From positions 96,001 to 160,000 of the forward strand of contig JBEULP010000003.1 in NCBI GenBank assembly GCA_041287245.1: a stretch of DNA of 64,000 bases. Direction: 5' to 3'. Both the position numbers and the translations under genes were made by a program. The stretch comes from Infirmifilum sp. Lineage in GTDB: Archaea; Thermoproteota; Thermoprotei; Thermofilales; Thermofilaceae. The notes beneath the pieces are model-generated. The model did no database searches. It was not told where the DNA came from and saw only the letters and a list, made by a program, of their open reading frames with translations. How positions within the stretch are numbered: position 1 is the first letter of the stretch; each line of letters opens with the position of its first letter. Below, piece by piece: positions 9,311 through 19,247 of the stretch.

Positions 9311-10591
9311 CTAAAAATGCGTTCCCCTCTTAAACCAACCCTCCCTAGTCCTCCAGTCCCACTCTATATCCTCCGGTAAGGCTATGCTATATACAATCGC
9401 CCCCTTCCAGACAGAATACAGGGGGTCGGCAACCAGGTGAACCCTAGATTCAATACCTAGCTCTGCAAGGCCAAGCCTTATTTTCTCGGCACTATCCACA
9501 GCGACGTCTTCAAGCCCCTTGGGGACTTTCCACGAGAAGTTGCCTCCACTTAAAATTATGTCACCGTAGAGCTTTGGCAAAAGCTCTATAGAGACCCTAC
9601 TCAAAGCCTCTTGAATAGCCTTGACAAGAGGTAAGGTCCCGGGCACAATTAATTCGCCCACCACGGTATCTCGAGGCCTAGGCATGCCCCTCTTGTAATA
9701 GCTCTCAAAAATTTCGTGTTCGGGGTTGAAGATAACCTCTCCTATTAAAAACCTCATCCAACCATTCTTCTCTAAGTTAACCTCGATAGTAGTTCCGGGT
9801 ATTTTAAAAACCGCCGTAAACCTTTCAGGGTTACTCTTAGCCGCCCTTATTGCCGCGTCAAGATTCCTTGGTATTAATCCTACAGCCTCCTTAAACATCC
9901 TGACAAACTTCTCTTCGCGAACACGGTCCCCGAAGCCTATGTCCTTCAGAATTTCAGCAGCTATAGAGTCAGCTTCAGCTCCACCCCTATTTAAGGCTAG
10001 AATCGCGTTCCTAATAGGGTAAGCGGAGATAGGCGTAATCTGTGTATTACCGTGTCCACTCTCAACGACTACGCAGGTAACGGACTTCTCAGCTATAGCT
10101 ACAGCCAAAGGCTGGGGAATAACCGTCACAGCTTTGACGACCCGCTCCTCCTTGTCGATCCTTGCGTGTATATCAAACAGCCTCTCGTACATGTAATCCG
10201 GAGCTATCACACTTAGAGCTGCCGTCACATAGAAACCCTCAAAGTCCTTTGACTGCGGCTTCGAAACAACCAAACCATATCTTGTCAGCTCTTCAATAAT
10301 CCTCCACGACCTCTGGTCATTCTTATCTATGAGGCCGTCACGCATTGGGTAAATCAGGTGCCTCGACAGGTCGTCGATACTACCCAGGTATTTAATAACG
10401 TCGGGACCGACAACGACCTCCTTTTCGATTCCATATATCTTCAGAAGCGTCCTCGACTCGCCGATGAAAAGCCCGCGATTCTCAACCACCATCGGCTTCT
10501 CAGCTAGAGGACCAAACTTAAAGTGACTGGTGCCATAGTCCTCCCCATACGAGTACCTCTGTTTATACGCACCCAGCGACACCTCAACCAC
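9311..10591 (-). CDS. crenactin (archaeal actin)
   Basis: Actin-fold motifs DYGTSHFKFG, PQPLAVA, VESGHGNTQITPI, ILSGG, YSVWKG; 426 aa. Confidence 0.93.
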   Translation of the reverse strand: MVEVSLGAYKQRYSYGEDYGTSHFKFGPLAEKPMVVENRGLFIGESRTLLKIYGIEKEVVVGPDVIKYLGSIDDLSRHLIYPMRDGLIDKNDQRSWRIIEELTRYGLVVSKPQSKDFEGFYVTAALSVIAPDYMYERLFDIHARIDKEERVVKAVTVIPQPLAVAIAEKSVTCVVVESGHGNTQITPISAYPIRNAILALNRGGAEADSIAAEILKDIGFGDRVREEKFVRMFKEAVGLIPRNLDAAIRAAKSNPERFTAVFKIPGTTIEVNLEKNGWMRFLIGEVIFNPEHEIFESYYKRGMPRPRDTVVGELIVPGTLPLVKAIQEALSRVSIELLPKLYGDIILSGGNFSWKVPKGLEDVAVDSAEKIRLGLAELGIESRVHLVADPLYSVWKGAIVYSIALPEDIEWDWRTREGWFKRGTHF

Positions 10592-10644
10592 CCCAACCTA
10601 ACCCTAGCAGAACCCTTAAATAAATTCGCATATCTCAAAACCCC

Positions 10645-11043
10645 GTGAGTGAGGTATTGGAGATAGAGTTTAAAAGATTCGGAACCCCCCTCGCCAAAGG
10701 CGAGATACGAAGAGACTTAGCTCCAATGAACTTCGAGGCCCTAAGGAAGCTTGAAAAGACAGTGACCTCGATTATTCGCCGAGAAGACCTAATACTAATA
10801 AACGTGCCCTTAAAGATGGTGAACGAGGGGAGCGTCTACACAGACTTCAAACCAGGCGACATACTCCTAGCCCCCGCCGCAAGCTCCCTTGCAATCGTCA
10901 CAACTCACTTATCATCCGAGCCGCGGTTCCGCTTCTACAAGGCGGGCGAGATAACAAGTGGACTTGAAGCCCTCTCACAACTTAAGAACAACGAAATCCT
11001 AACAGTAACGATTAAGCCTCAAAAAGGCGATACAGATGTCTGA
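10645..11043 (+). CDS. cyclophilin-like fold protein
   Basis: APMNFEAL...KPGDILLAP pattern of archaeal cyclophilin-like domains. Confidence 0.6.
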   Translation: MSEVLEIEFKRFGTPLAKGEIRRDLAPMNFEALRKLEKTVTSIIRREDLILINVPLKMVNEGSVYTDFKPGDILLAPAASSLAIVTTHLSSEPRFRFYKAGEITSGLEALSQLKNNEILTVTIKPQKGDTDV

Positions 11044-11407
11044 TACGCAAATCGACGCGATAATACCTGTGAAGCTAACATCCCTAAACGACATCGCCAG
11101 GCTAGCCAGCAGCACCAGCGCCTTAGGCCACGTGACTTATATCCTCCACTTCGCCCGGGGCGGTAAGCATTACTATGGGATACTTGTTGTATTCCGAGAC
11201 TACTACAAGTTCTACGGACTGCCAATGTTCTACTACATTGTCAGTGACAAAGAGCTACCCGGAAATTATATTCTCTTCAAAGCAGAAGAGACCGGCGAGA
11301 TAGTAGAGGTAGCAAAGGGAACAAAGCCAGGTTTCATCACACTCCCAATAGTAAACATCGAACCTGACTCTCAACTCCTTAGAAAAATCATAACGCAGCT
11401 AGACTAG
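11036..11407 (+). CDS. conserved crenarchaeal hypothetical protein
   Basis: LNDIARLA...DYYKFYGLPMFYY...LPIVNI; overlaps upstream stop. Confidence 0.65.
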   Translation: MSDTQIDAIIPVKLTSLNDIARLASSTSALGHVTYILHFARGGKHYYGILVVFRDYYKFYGLPMFYYIVSDKELPGNYILFKAEETGEIVEVAKGTKPGFITLPIVNIEPDSQLLRKIITQLD

Positions 11408-11453
11408 CAATAGCTAATAAAACCGCCTTATAAGTTTCTTAGAGTAAAAACTG

Positions 11454-11885
11454 ATGAAGCCAACTTACTCTGTGAGATCGTCTTCTGAAAACCTGATTTT
11501 CACTTATCACCTTTTCAATAATATTTCAAAGGCGCTCTTGACAAGCCTGGAGCTCCTAAAAACAGACTCCTCGTCAACTTCTGACTCAGTAACTCTCAGC
11601 ATACTACTTTTATTCGCACTACGAATAAGCCTTGGTTTGCTACGTAATAACCTAAGAGATTCTAGCAACCTAGGTAGAGAAGAGGTTAACCGAATAGTTT
11701 ACGGTTACATCGCCCGGGCAGCCGATCTAGCCAAACACCTAAAGGATTTTCAGGAGGTCCCGCGGGGTCCCCACAAGCCCACCTTCTCTCAAAGCTTACA
11801 TGTAATCCTTGAAGAAGCTTTAAGGCTTGAGAATGAACTAGAGAGGTTTGATAAACTAATAGACGATCTCCTCGAAAAACCTTAA
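11454..11885 (+). CDS. hypothetical helical protein
   Basis: 143-aa ORF with TTATAA ~25 nt upstream; fills the gap. Confidence 0.55.
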   Translation: MKPTYSVRSSSENLIFTYHLFNNISKALLTSLELLKTDSSSTSDSVTLSILLLFALRISLGLLRNNLRDSSNLGREEVNRIVYGYIARAADLAKHLKDFQEVPRGPHKPTFSQSLHVILEEALRLENELERFDKLIDDLLEKP

Positions 11886-11910
11886 AGAAAACCAGAGTAG
11901 GTATAGCTCC

Positions 11911-12189
11911 TTATTTCCTAGCTAGGACAATCTCGATTGTCGAGATTGTGCGCTTCTTGTCGGCTTCGCCTACCTGCTCGCTGCCAATTTTGATTGTCTC
12001 GACGTCTACCTCGTCCTTGAGGAATCTACTCTTAACGATTTCGGCTACATCGACAGCGCGTGAAATAGCGCGCCCTCGCGCCTTTATAGAGACCCTCTTA
12101 GCACCCTGGTTAAATTGTATCACAGTGGCGAGGACATAGTTCATGACGTTTTTATTCCCTATTAGTACGCTTCCTTCTGTTGTGCTCAT
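11911..12189 (-). CDS. albA: chromatin protein Alba
   Basis: [39 protein letters not shown] 12189. Confidence 0.96.
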   Translation of the reverse strand: MSTTEGSVLIGNKNVMNYVLATVIQFNQGAKRVSIKARGRAISRAVDVAEIVKSRFLKDEVDVETIKIGSEQVGEADKKRTISTIEIVLARK

Positions 12190-12398
12190 TTGCTTCACCG
12201 TTCGCAAAACCCTTTACCCAGCTTGATTAATAAAGGTTACGCTTTTCTGAGGTTTTAAGGAAGCCCGAGAAGGCCGGGTCGTAGAACCTAGTCCGCGCCC
12301 GCATAGCCTCCTCTTGCTTTAGGATTCTAGCACCAATCTCCATCCTGTGAAACAGTTAGAAAAAAGAAAAGCATGCTTAGCAAGCCATACTCCTCCAT

Positions 12399-13988
12399 TT
12401 AAAAAGCTGGCTTTAGCTCTAGTCCATAACCGTAACGTCTGACTATACGTTCCAGCTTTCTACGGGGCTTCCCGGTTAGGTAATTGTAGTAGTCAGCCGA
12501 AACCTGAATTATCACGAGGGACGAGCCTGAATCGACGGTCACCTGGAACCCATCATCACCAAGCATTTTGTTCAGAGTCCTCTCGAGCGCCGCCTTCATC
12601 TTGTACTCTTCCACGCTAACCCTACCTCCTGACCTCTTAATTGGGACCACAAAGGTTCTTTCCCCAAACACATAGAGCTCATACTCAGGATCCCCAGACA
12701 TAAAGTCCCTCACCACTACCACAGGCCTAGCCAGGTCCTCCTCCTTCAGGCCGTGGGGTATCTTCACGGTTGTTTCAACGGAGTATACCTTCTCAACCTG
12801 TCCATTTTTAATGTAGATAACTGTATCCACGATCGAGGGTATCATCCCGAGCTCGACCCTACCGATAAACCTCTGTATAGCATCAATCGGGCTTGTAGCG
12901 TGCACTACCCCCACCATCCCAACACCTGCCAGCCGCAGGTCAGCGTAGATCTGAAAGTCGCGCGTGTCCCTCATTTCGTCATAGAAGGTGTAGTCCGGGC
13001 GGGACAATAGAAGGACGTCGTGTATCTCCTCTGAAGTGGCGTGAGTCTTAGAGTACTGCGTTATCTCCACCGGCAAATGCATGTCGCGCGGGGACTCAAT
13101 AGTCTTCACGACTTTCCCCTTTCTATGGTAATACTCTGCAAGCGCCTGTGCAAATGTCGTTTTACCCATCCCAGGCGCGCCGGCGATCAAAATCCCCTCT
13201 GCTTGCTTCTCAAGCCTGTCCACCAGCTTCTTCGGCAAGTTATAGTCTTCAAGCCTAAGCTTGGCAACCGGTCGAACGGCGGTGATCTCAATACCATCTG
13301 AGAATGGAGGCTTGGTTATGACTATACGGTAACTATCCAGCTGGATTATAACGACACCGACCCCCTCATACTCGATAAAGGCTGACTGGCTTTCATTCCT
13401 AACCCTCTCGAAGATCTGGCGAATATAGTCCTCGAGTTCTTCACGTGTCAAAGGCTCCTCGCGAAGCTCGACAAAACTCCACTTCCCCGGGACGCCCTTC
13501 TTAGCATAGGGGCGCGCACCCTCCTTGAGGTGCACAGACATTACGTCGCTATCAAACAGCCTCTCGAGAATAAACTTCTCCTTGCCCCCCACAGGAATCA
13601 ATAAAACCTCAATGCCCATAGCCCTCGCAGCCTTGGCTGAAACGTCATCACATGTTACCAGAACGCCTCCATGCTCGTACGCGACGAGCCGCGCCACCAT
13701 GTCCGGGTTCAGGTCCCGGATGCCACGGGCACCCTGAGGAAGCTCATACATGTATTCGACCTCGACAACCTCAGGCATCGTCTCGACAGCCTCCCTCAAC
13801 AAGGCAAGCTCCTTCAAACCCGAGAGCCCGCTACTGGCGCCCTTCCTTGCAAGCTCTTCAAAATAGTTTACGAGGGCAACATGAAGAATTATACGCCCAG
13901 CTACCTTGCCCTCCAAAAGGGCTGAACGCAGAACCCCGCTGATTATAGCCGATGTATCCGGTATGTACACTCCTTCTTCTAAACTCAT
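12399..13988 (-). CDS. PINA-type PIN-domain/ATPase protein
   Basis: N-terminal PIN (IPDTSAII), Walker A GAPGMGKT, RPDYTFYDEMR, GVVHATSPIDAIQRF. Confidence 0.88.
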   Translation of the reverse strand: MSLEEGVYIPDTSAIISGVLRSALLEGKVAGRIILHVALVNYFEELARKGASSGLSGLKELALLREAVETMPEVVEVEYMYELPQGARGIRDLNPDMVARLVAYEHGGVLVTCDDVSAKAARAMGIEVLLIPVGGKEKFILERLFDSDVMSVHLKEGARPYAKKGVPGKWSFVELREEPLTREELEDYIRQIFERVRNESQSAFIEYEGVGVVIIQLDSYRIVITKPPFSDGIEITAVRPVAKLRLEDYNLPKKLVDRLEKQAEGILIAGAPGMGKTTFAQALAEYYHRKGKVVKTIESPRDMHLPVEITQYSKTHATSEEIHDVLLLSRPDYTFYDEMRDTRDFQIYADLRLAGVGMVGVVHATSPIDAIQRFIGRVELGMIPSIVDTVIYIKNGQVEKVYSVETTVKIPHGLKEEDLARPVVVVRDFMSGDPEYELYVFGERTFVVPIKRSGGRVSVEEYKMKAALERTLNKMLGDDGFQVTVDSGSSLVIIQVSADYYNYLTGKPRRKLERIVRRYGYGLELKPAF

Positions 13989-14078
13989 TACCAGATTCGA
14001 TATCGACTAGGACCTACCATTTTTAAATGTTTCGCACAGCTTGAAAAACTCGGGAGTCTATCGTAGAAGGAGGAAGTA

Positions 14079-14287
14079 GACCCCTAAATTTCAACTGGAA
14101 ATCTCCTAAGTTAAGCTCTGAGTTACAGTTAGTATTAAGTAGTATAACACGGGTTTTATCTCCAGTTGTTCCATAAGAAATGAAGGGGTCTGAGAAGATT
14201 ATACAAGGTTAGGGGATCTTATACGGTTATACTGTCTAATTGTTGTAAGGAGCTTGAGGTTTAAATAACCCCTTGATTTCCACTGGA
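14079..14287. promoter_or_regulatory. candidate replication origin (oriC) with three ORB elements
   Basis: ORB-like TTCCAGTTGAAATTTAGGGGTC (-, 14079-14100), GTTCCATAAGAAATGAAGGGGTC (+, 14168-14190), TCCAGTGGAAATCAAGGGGTT (-, 14267-14287) in a ~470-bp AT-rich intergenic region. Confidence 0.8.
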
Positions 14288-14481
14288 GCCGGTGGAAAAG
14301 AGTGATTAGTCTCTTTATTCACGTTATAACCTAAAATAAATCTCTTTTTTAGAATGCAAATGTAATTTTAGATAGAAATAAAAGACAGAAATAAGTTAGC
14401 GTTTATACAGCTACCAAGTCGTAGTATAAAATAAGAGTTTTTCATAAATACCCCTTGATTGGCTATAAATCTCAGAAGCTT

Positions 14482-14877
14482 ATGGCGCCTAAGATCAAGA
14501 TTGAGGATACCCTGCCTTCAGGCGAGAAAGTGTCTCTCTCAATAGAAGGCGGGGACCTTGATGAGGAAAAAGTCCTGCGGCTTCTTGCTACCCTGAAAAG
14601 CCTAAAAGATTCTAGCAAGACGATGCCCCTAGAACCGCAGGAGGAGGAGACCACTAAGGAGAAAATCTGGCGCGTCATAGTTGAAAACTTTGCTGACGGG
14701 ACCTGGTTCTCGCTAAAAGATGTGTTCAACCTAGCCGTAAAACAGGAGCCTTCTCTGAAAATTACCGCCGTCTCAACTTATGTCACGCGTCTCGTCTCTG
14801 AAGGCCGGCTTGTGAAGCGTGGGACCAAGCCCAACACTCGCTACCGGATTAGAAGCATCGTTGTAGAGAGAGTTTAA
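14482..14877 (+). CDS. origin-adjacent winged-helix DNA-binding protein
   Basis: C-terminal wHTH (WFSLKDV...TAVSTYVTRLVSEGRLVKRG...RYRI); ATG 14482 preferred over TTG 14455. Confidence 0.72.
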   Translation: MAPKIKIEDTLPSGEKVSLSIEGGDLDEEKVLRLLATLKSLKDSSKTMPLEPQEEETTKEKIWRVIVENFADGTWFSLKDVFNLAVKQEPSLKITAVSTYVTRLVSEGRLVKRGTKPNTRYRIRSIVVERV

Positions 14878-14902
14878 GGCCGAGGTTTTGTGATCCCGTG
14901 CC

Positions 14903-15484
14903 CTAAGGCCGCTTTGTATATTCGGGTATGAGGAGCTTTGCTATATCACTTTTAGTTATTATCCCAACAATCCTCATGCTTTGTTCGACGAGTACGGCTG
15001 GAACGCCTTTTGAGAGCATGCGTGCAATTACCCTGACCTTAGTGTTGCAGGAGACGATGGGAAGCGGGTCCGACATGATGTCGGCAACTGTTAGCTGCGA
15101 GGCGCGCTCGTTTTCACGCATAAAAGCGGCAAGTATATCATCATCGAAGACTGTCCCAACATTCTCGTGTGAATCGACGCTAAGCACTGGCAACTGGCTA
15201 AACCCCTTCTCCCACATAATTCTCGCAGCGTCGACTAGTTTAGTCCCAGTTGTCACATAGATTACAGGGGAGGACATGACATCACAGGAGCACAGCTCAT
15301 CCTCCAGGATGTTCTTCAAAGCATCGTATATTCGGATGAGAGTAGAGACCCGTGGGTTCACTTTTCCAGCCTCTATCCTAGCTATAAGGCTTTGGCTAAC
15401 CCCTGCCCGTCGAGCCACCTCGCTCTGTGTCAGGCCAGCCTTAACCCGTAGTATTCTCAGCTCTTCAGGCGATGGTATTGGCAT
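14903..15484 (-). CDS. XRE-HTH/CBS-domain transcriptional regulator
   Basis: LTQSEVARRAGVSQSLIARIE HTH plus CBS pair (FSQLPV, GIITKSDI); likely start MPIP. Confidence 0.9.
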   Translation of the reverse strand: MPIPSPEELRILRVKAGLTQSEVARRAGVSQSLIARIEAGKVNPRVSTLIRIYDALKNILEDELCSCDVMSSPVIYVTTGTKLVDAARIMWEKGFSQLPVLSVDSHENVGTVFDDDILAAFMRENERASQLTVADIMSDPLPIVSCNTKVRVIARMLSKGVPAVLVEQSMRIVGIITKSDIAKLLIPEYTKRP

Positions 15485-15665
15485 ACATAGAAAAAAGTCG
15501 TGATTACTGATATGCATTACGCTCATTTAAAATCTTGAATTCCCAAGTAAACAGGTTCCGCGCCTGAGTACACTTTTCCCCAACTCCTAAAAAATAATGG
15601 TATCCTTGAAACGATGGCATTCCTCTAAAGTAAAGTTTAAGAATAATCATTCTAGAAAAACCTTA

Positions 15666-15772
15666 GGGCCGGTAGCTCAGCCAGGTAGAGCACCCGGCTC
15701 ATAACCGGGAGCGAACCGCGCATGGCGCGCGGGCGTCGGGATGGGTCCCGGGTTCAAGTCCCGGCCGGCCCA
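15666..15772 (+). tRNA. tRNA(CAU), likely Ile2, with ~33-nt intron at the variable loop (~15710-15744)
   Basis: GGGCCGG acceptor, CCCGG-CTCATAA-CCGGG arm, GTTCAAGTC; Ile versus elongator Met inferred from acceptor stem. Confidence 0.85.
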
Positions 15773-15916
15773 CTCCTCCTACCTTTCTTTTTATCTTCAG
15801 GGGGCTAACAGGGCGGAGGTAGACTGAGCGTGAAAGCCTCTTAGATAGGTGAAGTCTAAACCAGGGTGCGCGAACGCGCGCGAAAAATAAGGGTGGAGTC
15901 AAGTACAACCTTTGTT

Positions 15917-17245
15917 TTACTTGCGTGCGCGTTTTATGGAGTCGTAGAGGATTTCTAGTCCTATATCCATCTCTTCCTGGGTGATTATTAGAGGAGGTGC
16001 TATTCTAATCGTGCTGAGGCCAGAGCCTATGACTAGTAGGCCTGACTTGAAGGCTATCTCTAATGTGTTTTTCAGGAGCTCGGGGTTAGGCGAGCCGTCC
16101 TTCTTCACCAGCTCTACCCCGATCATAAGGCCTTTGCCTCGCACATCCCCTATTTCCGGTAGTTCTTCTTTCATCTCGTTGAGCCTCTTCATGGCGTGTT
16201 CACCGACGCGCCGTGCGTTTTCTAATAGGTGCTCCTCCTCTATGACTTCTAGTGTCGCTATCGCAGCTGCACAGCTGACAGGGTTTCCGCCAAACGTGCT
16301 TGCGTGGCTACCGGGAGGTAGGTCCATAATTTCACGTCGCCCGACTATCGCTCCCAGTGGGAGTCCTGAGGCGATGCCCTTGGCTATGGCTATAATGTCC
16401 GGCTCTATCCCCCAGTGTTCGATGGCGAACCACTTGCCTGTTCGGCCGATGCCGGCTTGAACCTCGTCGTCTATAAGTAGTATCCCATACTTATCCGCGA
16501 GCTCCTTAAGCCTCTTGAAAAAGTCGGGGGGCGGGACGATGTATCCGCCCTCGCCGGCAATAGGTTCGAATATTATTGCAGCTGTTTCCTCTGGTGGGAC
16601 GTACTTCTTTAAAACCCACTCTTCGATAAAGTCCACGCACCATAGGTTGCAGCTTCCGTATTTCTGTTTGAAGGGGCACCTGAAGCAGTAGGGATAGGGG
16701 ACGTGGACTACGTTAGGGACTAGGGGGCTGAATCCCTTCCTCTGTACTGGCTTGCTGGCGGTTAGAGATAGGGCGCCCATCGTTCTTCCGTGGAAAGAGC
16801 CTGAGAAGGCTATAATGTAAGGTCTTTGTCCTTTGAAGTGGCCCCTAGCTACTTTTATAGCGGCCTCGATAGACTCGGCGCCGCTGTTAGTGTAGAAGAC
16901 CTTCTTCGCGAAGGATCCTGGAGTTATTTTGACTAGTTTTTCAGCTAGCTTTACAGGGGTCTCGTAAAGAAAATCGGTGAGAGAGTAGTGTAAAAGTTTC
17001 TCGGCCTGTTCTTTGATAGCACTTATAACCTTCGGATGAGAGTGCCCTATATTCGTAACGCCGATTCCCGAGTTGAAGTCTAGGTACTTGTTACCGTCGA
17101 GGTCTTCGAGCCAAACGCCGTAGCCTCGTTTGGCGACGAAGGGGTACCATCGGGCGAAGCTTTGCATTATCAACTCATTATCCTTTTCGATTATCTCCTT
17201 GGACTTTGGACCTGGAGGAGGGATTTTAATTTCTGGCCGTGTCAC
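15917..17245 (-). CDS. class III PLP aminotransferase (acetylornithine/4-aminobutyrate family)
   Basis: NSGAESIEAA, FHGRT, EPIAGEGG, DEVQAGIGRTG, AKGIASG, STFGGN. Confidence 0.93.
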   Translation of the reverse strand: MTRPEIKIPPPGPKSKEIIEKDNELIMQSFARWYPFVAKRGYGVWLEDLDGNKYLDFNSGIGVTNIGHSHPKVISAIKEQAEKLLHYSLTDFLYETPVKLAEKLVKITPGSFAKKVFYTNSGAESIEAAIKVARGHFKGQRPYIIAFSGSFHGRTMGALSLTASKPVQRKGFSPLVPNVVHVPYPYCFRCPFKQKYGSCNLWCVDFIEEWVLKKYVPPEETAAIIFEPIAGEGGYIVPPPDFFKRLKELADKYGILLIDDEVQAGIGRTGKWFAIEHWGIEPDIIAIAKGIASGLPLGAIVGRREIMDLPPGSHASTFGGNPVSCAAAIATLEVIEEEHLLENARRVGEHAMKRLNEMKEELPEIGDVRGKGLMIGVELVKKDGSPNPELLKNTLEIAFKSGLLVIGSGLSTIRIAPPLIITQEEMDIGLEILYDSIKRARK

Positions 17246-17307
17246 ATCTTTTAAACTTACGTAGTAAAATATAAACCTTCGTTCAGAATTAAATTAAATG
17301 ATGTGAA

Positions 17308-17859
17308 ATGGATGTTTCAACAGACGTGGTATGGTTAGGGCGGGGGGGTCAGGGGGCTGTGACCGCCGCGATGCTTCTAGCCCAAGCCGCTGTTAGCAAG
17401 GGATTTTACGCGCTGGCGATACCCTTCTTCGGTGCTGAGAGGAGGGGGGCTCCAGTCTTCGCATATAACAAGATATCAAATAGGGTAATATATTCTAGGT
17501 CCCGTGTGGAGCAGGGTGATATAGTGGCGGTTATGGACCCGTCTCTACTCAATATATACAGTCCTGAGAAGCTTGTAAAGCCTGGGGGCACTGTTGTCGT
17601 GAATACAACTGAATGTACGGGTGGACTCGGCGGTTTAAAAACATACGTGGTTGACGCTGTGGGTATAGCGGAAAGCCTAGGCCTGAAAGTGGCGGGGTTC
17701 GCGCTTGTAAACATGCCTATGATAGGTGCTGTTGCAAGAGTAAGTGGCTTGGTCGGTGAAGAGGAGGTGCTTGCGGCCGTTAAACAGATTATAAAGGCAC
17801 ACGTTGAAAAGAATGTTGAGGCTGTTAAGAGGGGATGGGAGAGTGTCAGGGCGTGTTGA
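17308..17859 (+). CDS. porC: 2-oxoacid:ferredoxin oxidoreductase gamma subunit
   Basis: GRGGQGAVT, FGAERRGAP, NMPMIGA. Confidence 0.9.
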   Translation: MDVSTDVVWLGRGGQGAVTAAMLLAQAAVSKGFYALAIPFFGAERRGAPVFAYNKISNRVIYSRSRVEQGDIVAVMDPSLLNIYSPEKLVKPGGTVVVNTTECTGGLGGLKTYVVDAVGIAESLGLKVAGFALVNMPMIGAVARVSGLVGEEEVLAAVKQIIKAHVEKNVEAVKRGWESVRAC

Positions 17860-18097
17860 GATAATTCTTAGCAGGCCAGTCCCTGGGGCGGTTCCAGCCG
17901 GAACCTGGAGGACTGAGAGGCCGGTTGTGGACCAGTCAAAGTGCACAAAGTGTGGGATATGCTGGCTTTACTGTCCTGACGGGGTCATCGAGATAACTGA
18001 GAGTGGCGCGGTGATCGACTACGAGTACTGCAAGGGATGCGGCATATGTGCTGCGGAGTGTCCTTTTAAGGCTATTAGAATGGTGAGAGAGGGATGA
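17843..18097 (+). CDS. porD: 2-oxoacid:ferredoxin oxidoreductase delta subunit (2x4Fe-4S)
   Basis: WRTERP, CTKCGICWLYCP, CKGCGICAAECP; GTG 17843. Confidence 0.9.
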   Translation: MSGRVEIILSRPVPGAVPAGTWRTERPVVDQSKCTKCGICWLYCPDGVIEITESGAVIDYEYCKGCGICAAECPFKAIRMVREG

Positions 18098-19245
18098 GTA
18101 CGCTTCTCTTAACTGGAAACTATGCCGCGGCTTACGCTGTTCGGGATGCAGAGCCCGACGTTATATCTGCTTATCCTATCACACCGCAGACGCCGGTTAT
18201 TGAGAAGATCGCCGAGTTTATAGACTCGGGGGAGCTTAGCGCGAGGTTTGTGAGAGTCGAGTCTGAGCATAGCGCTATGGCTGCGCTGATCGGGGCTGCG
18301 GGGGTAGGCGCGAGGACGTATACAGCCACGTCGTCTCAGGGGCTCTTCTACATGTATGAGGTTTTATGGTGGGCGGCTGGGGCTCGTTTGCCGATAGTTA
18401 TGGGTATAGTGATGCGCGCATTAGGACCGCCCTGGAGCATTTGGACTGAGCACTCGGATTTCTACGCGTTAAGGGATAGTGGTTGGAACCTCTTCATGGC
18501 GTCTTCGGCCCAGGAAGTTTACGACCTATCCTTGGTTGCCTTCAAAGTGGCTGAGGACCCTGAGGTGCTTCTCCCTACAGCTGTTGGCTGGGACGCATTT
18601 GAGGTCTCACACACCTACGAGCCTGTATCAATGCTTAGCAAGGACCAGGTTAGGAGGGTTCTTCCGCCTAAGGGGTCATGGAAGGCGCCTTTAGCCGCGG
18701 ATGACCCGGCAAGTTTAGGCAACCTAGCCTATCCCGAAGAGTATATACGGATACGTTATGAGATGAAAAGGGCGAGTGATAGGGCTAGGAGCGTCATTAA
18801 AAAGGTTCTAGACGAGTACTCGAAAATCTCTGGTAGAAACTACTCCTTCTTCGAGTGTAAGTATTGCGAGGACGCCGATACTGTTTTCGTAGTACAGGGT
18901 TCAATTTATGGGGAGACGTTAAAGGCTGTAGAGAAACTCAGGGGCTCTGGCGAGAAGGTTGGAGTATTGAAACTCTGGCTTTATAGGCCCTTCCCATATA
19001 TAGAGGTATCCAAGGCGCTGGAGGGTGCGAAGAGGGTTGTAGCACTACCGAGGGCCTCAACATTCGGTGGGGTAAGCGCCATCGGGGCAGACTTGTCATT
19101 CACTGTTAATCTAAACCAGGGGCGGCAACAGGTCTTTGATGTCTCGGTTGGCGTCGGAGGTGTTGATGTGACAGCCCGGGATGTAGAGGCTATATATAAG
19201 AGTATACTTACAGGCAGTGAGAGGGTTTTTTGGAGGGTGGTGTAA
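18094..19245 (+). CDS. porA: 2-oxoacid:ferredoxin oxidoreductase alpha subunit
   Basis: YPITPQT, VESEHSA, ATSSQGL, YRPFP. Confidence 0.92.
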   Translation: MSTLLLTGNYAAAYAVRDAEPDVISAYPITPQTPVIEKIAEFIDSGELSARFVRVESEHSAMAALIGAAGVGARTYTATSSQGLFYMYEVLWWAAGARLPIVMGIVMRALGPPWSIWTEHSDFYALRDSGWNLFMASSAQEVYDLSLVAFKVAEDPEVLLPTAVGWDAFEVSHTYEPVSMLSKDQVRRVLPPKGSWKAPLAADDPASLGNLAYPEEYIRIRYEMKRASDRARSVIKKVLDEYSKISGRNYSFFECKYCEDADTVFVVQGSIYGETLKAVEKLRGSGEKVGVLKLWLYRPFPYIEVSKALEGAKRVVALPRASTFGGVSAIGADLSFTVNLNQGRQQVFDVSVGVGGVDVTARDVEAIYKSILTGSERVFWRVV

Positions 19246-19247
19246 GT

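Noticed and set aside
12240..12398. Degenerate C/D sRNA or small ORF between PINA and alba
   Set aside because: All four boxes are mismatched and the ORFs are short and motif-less
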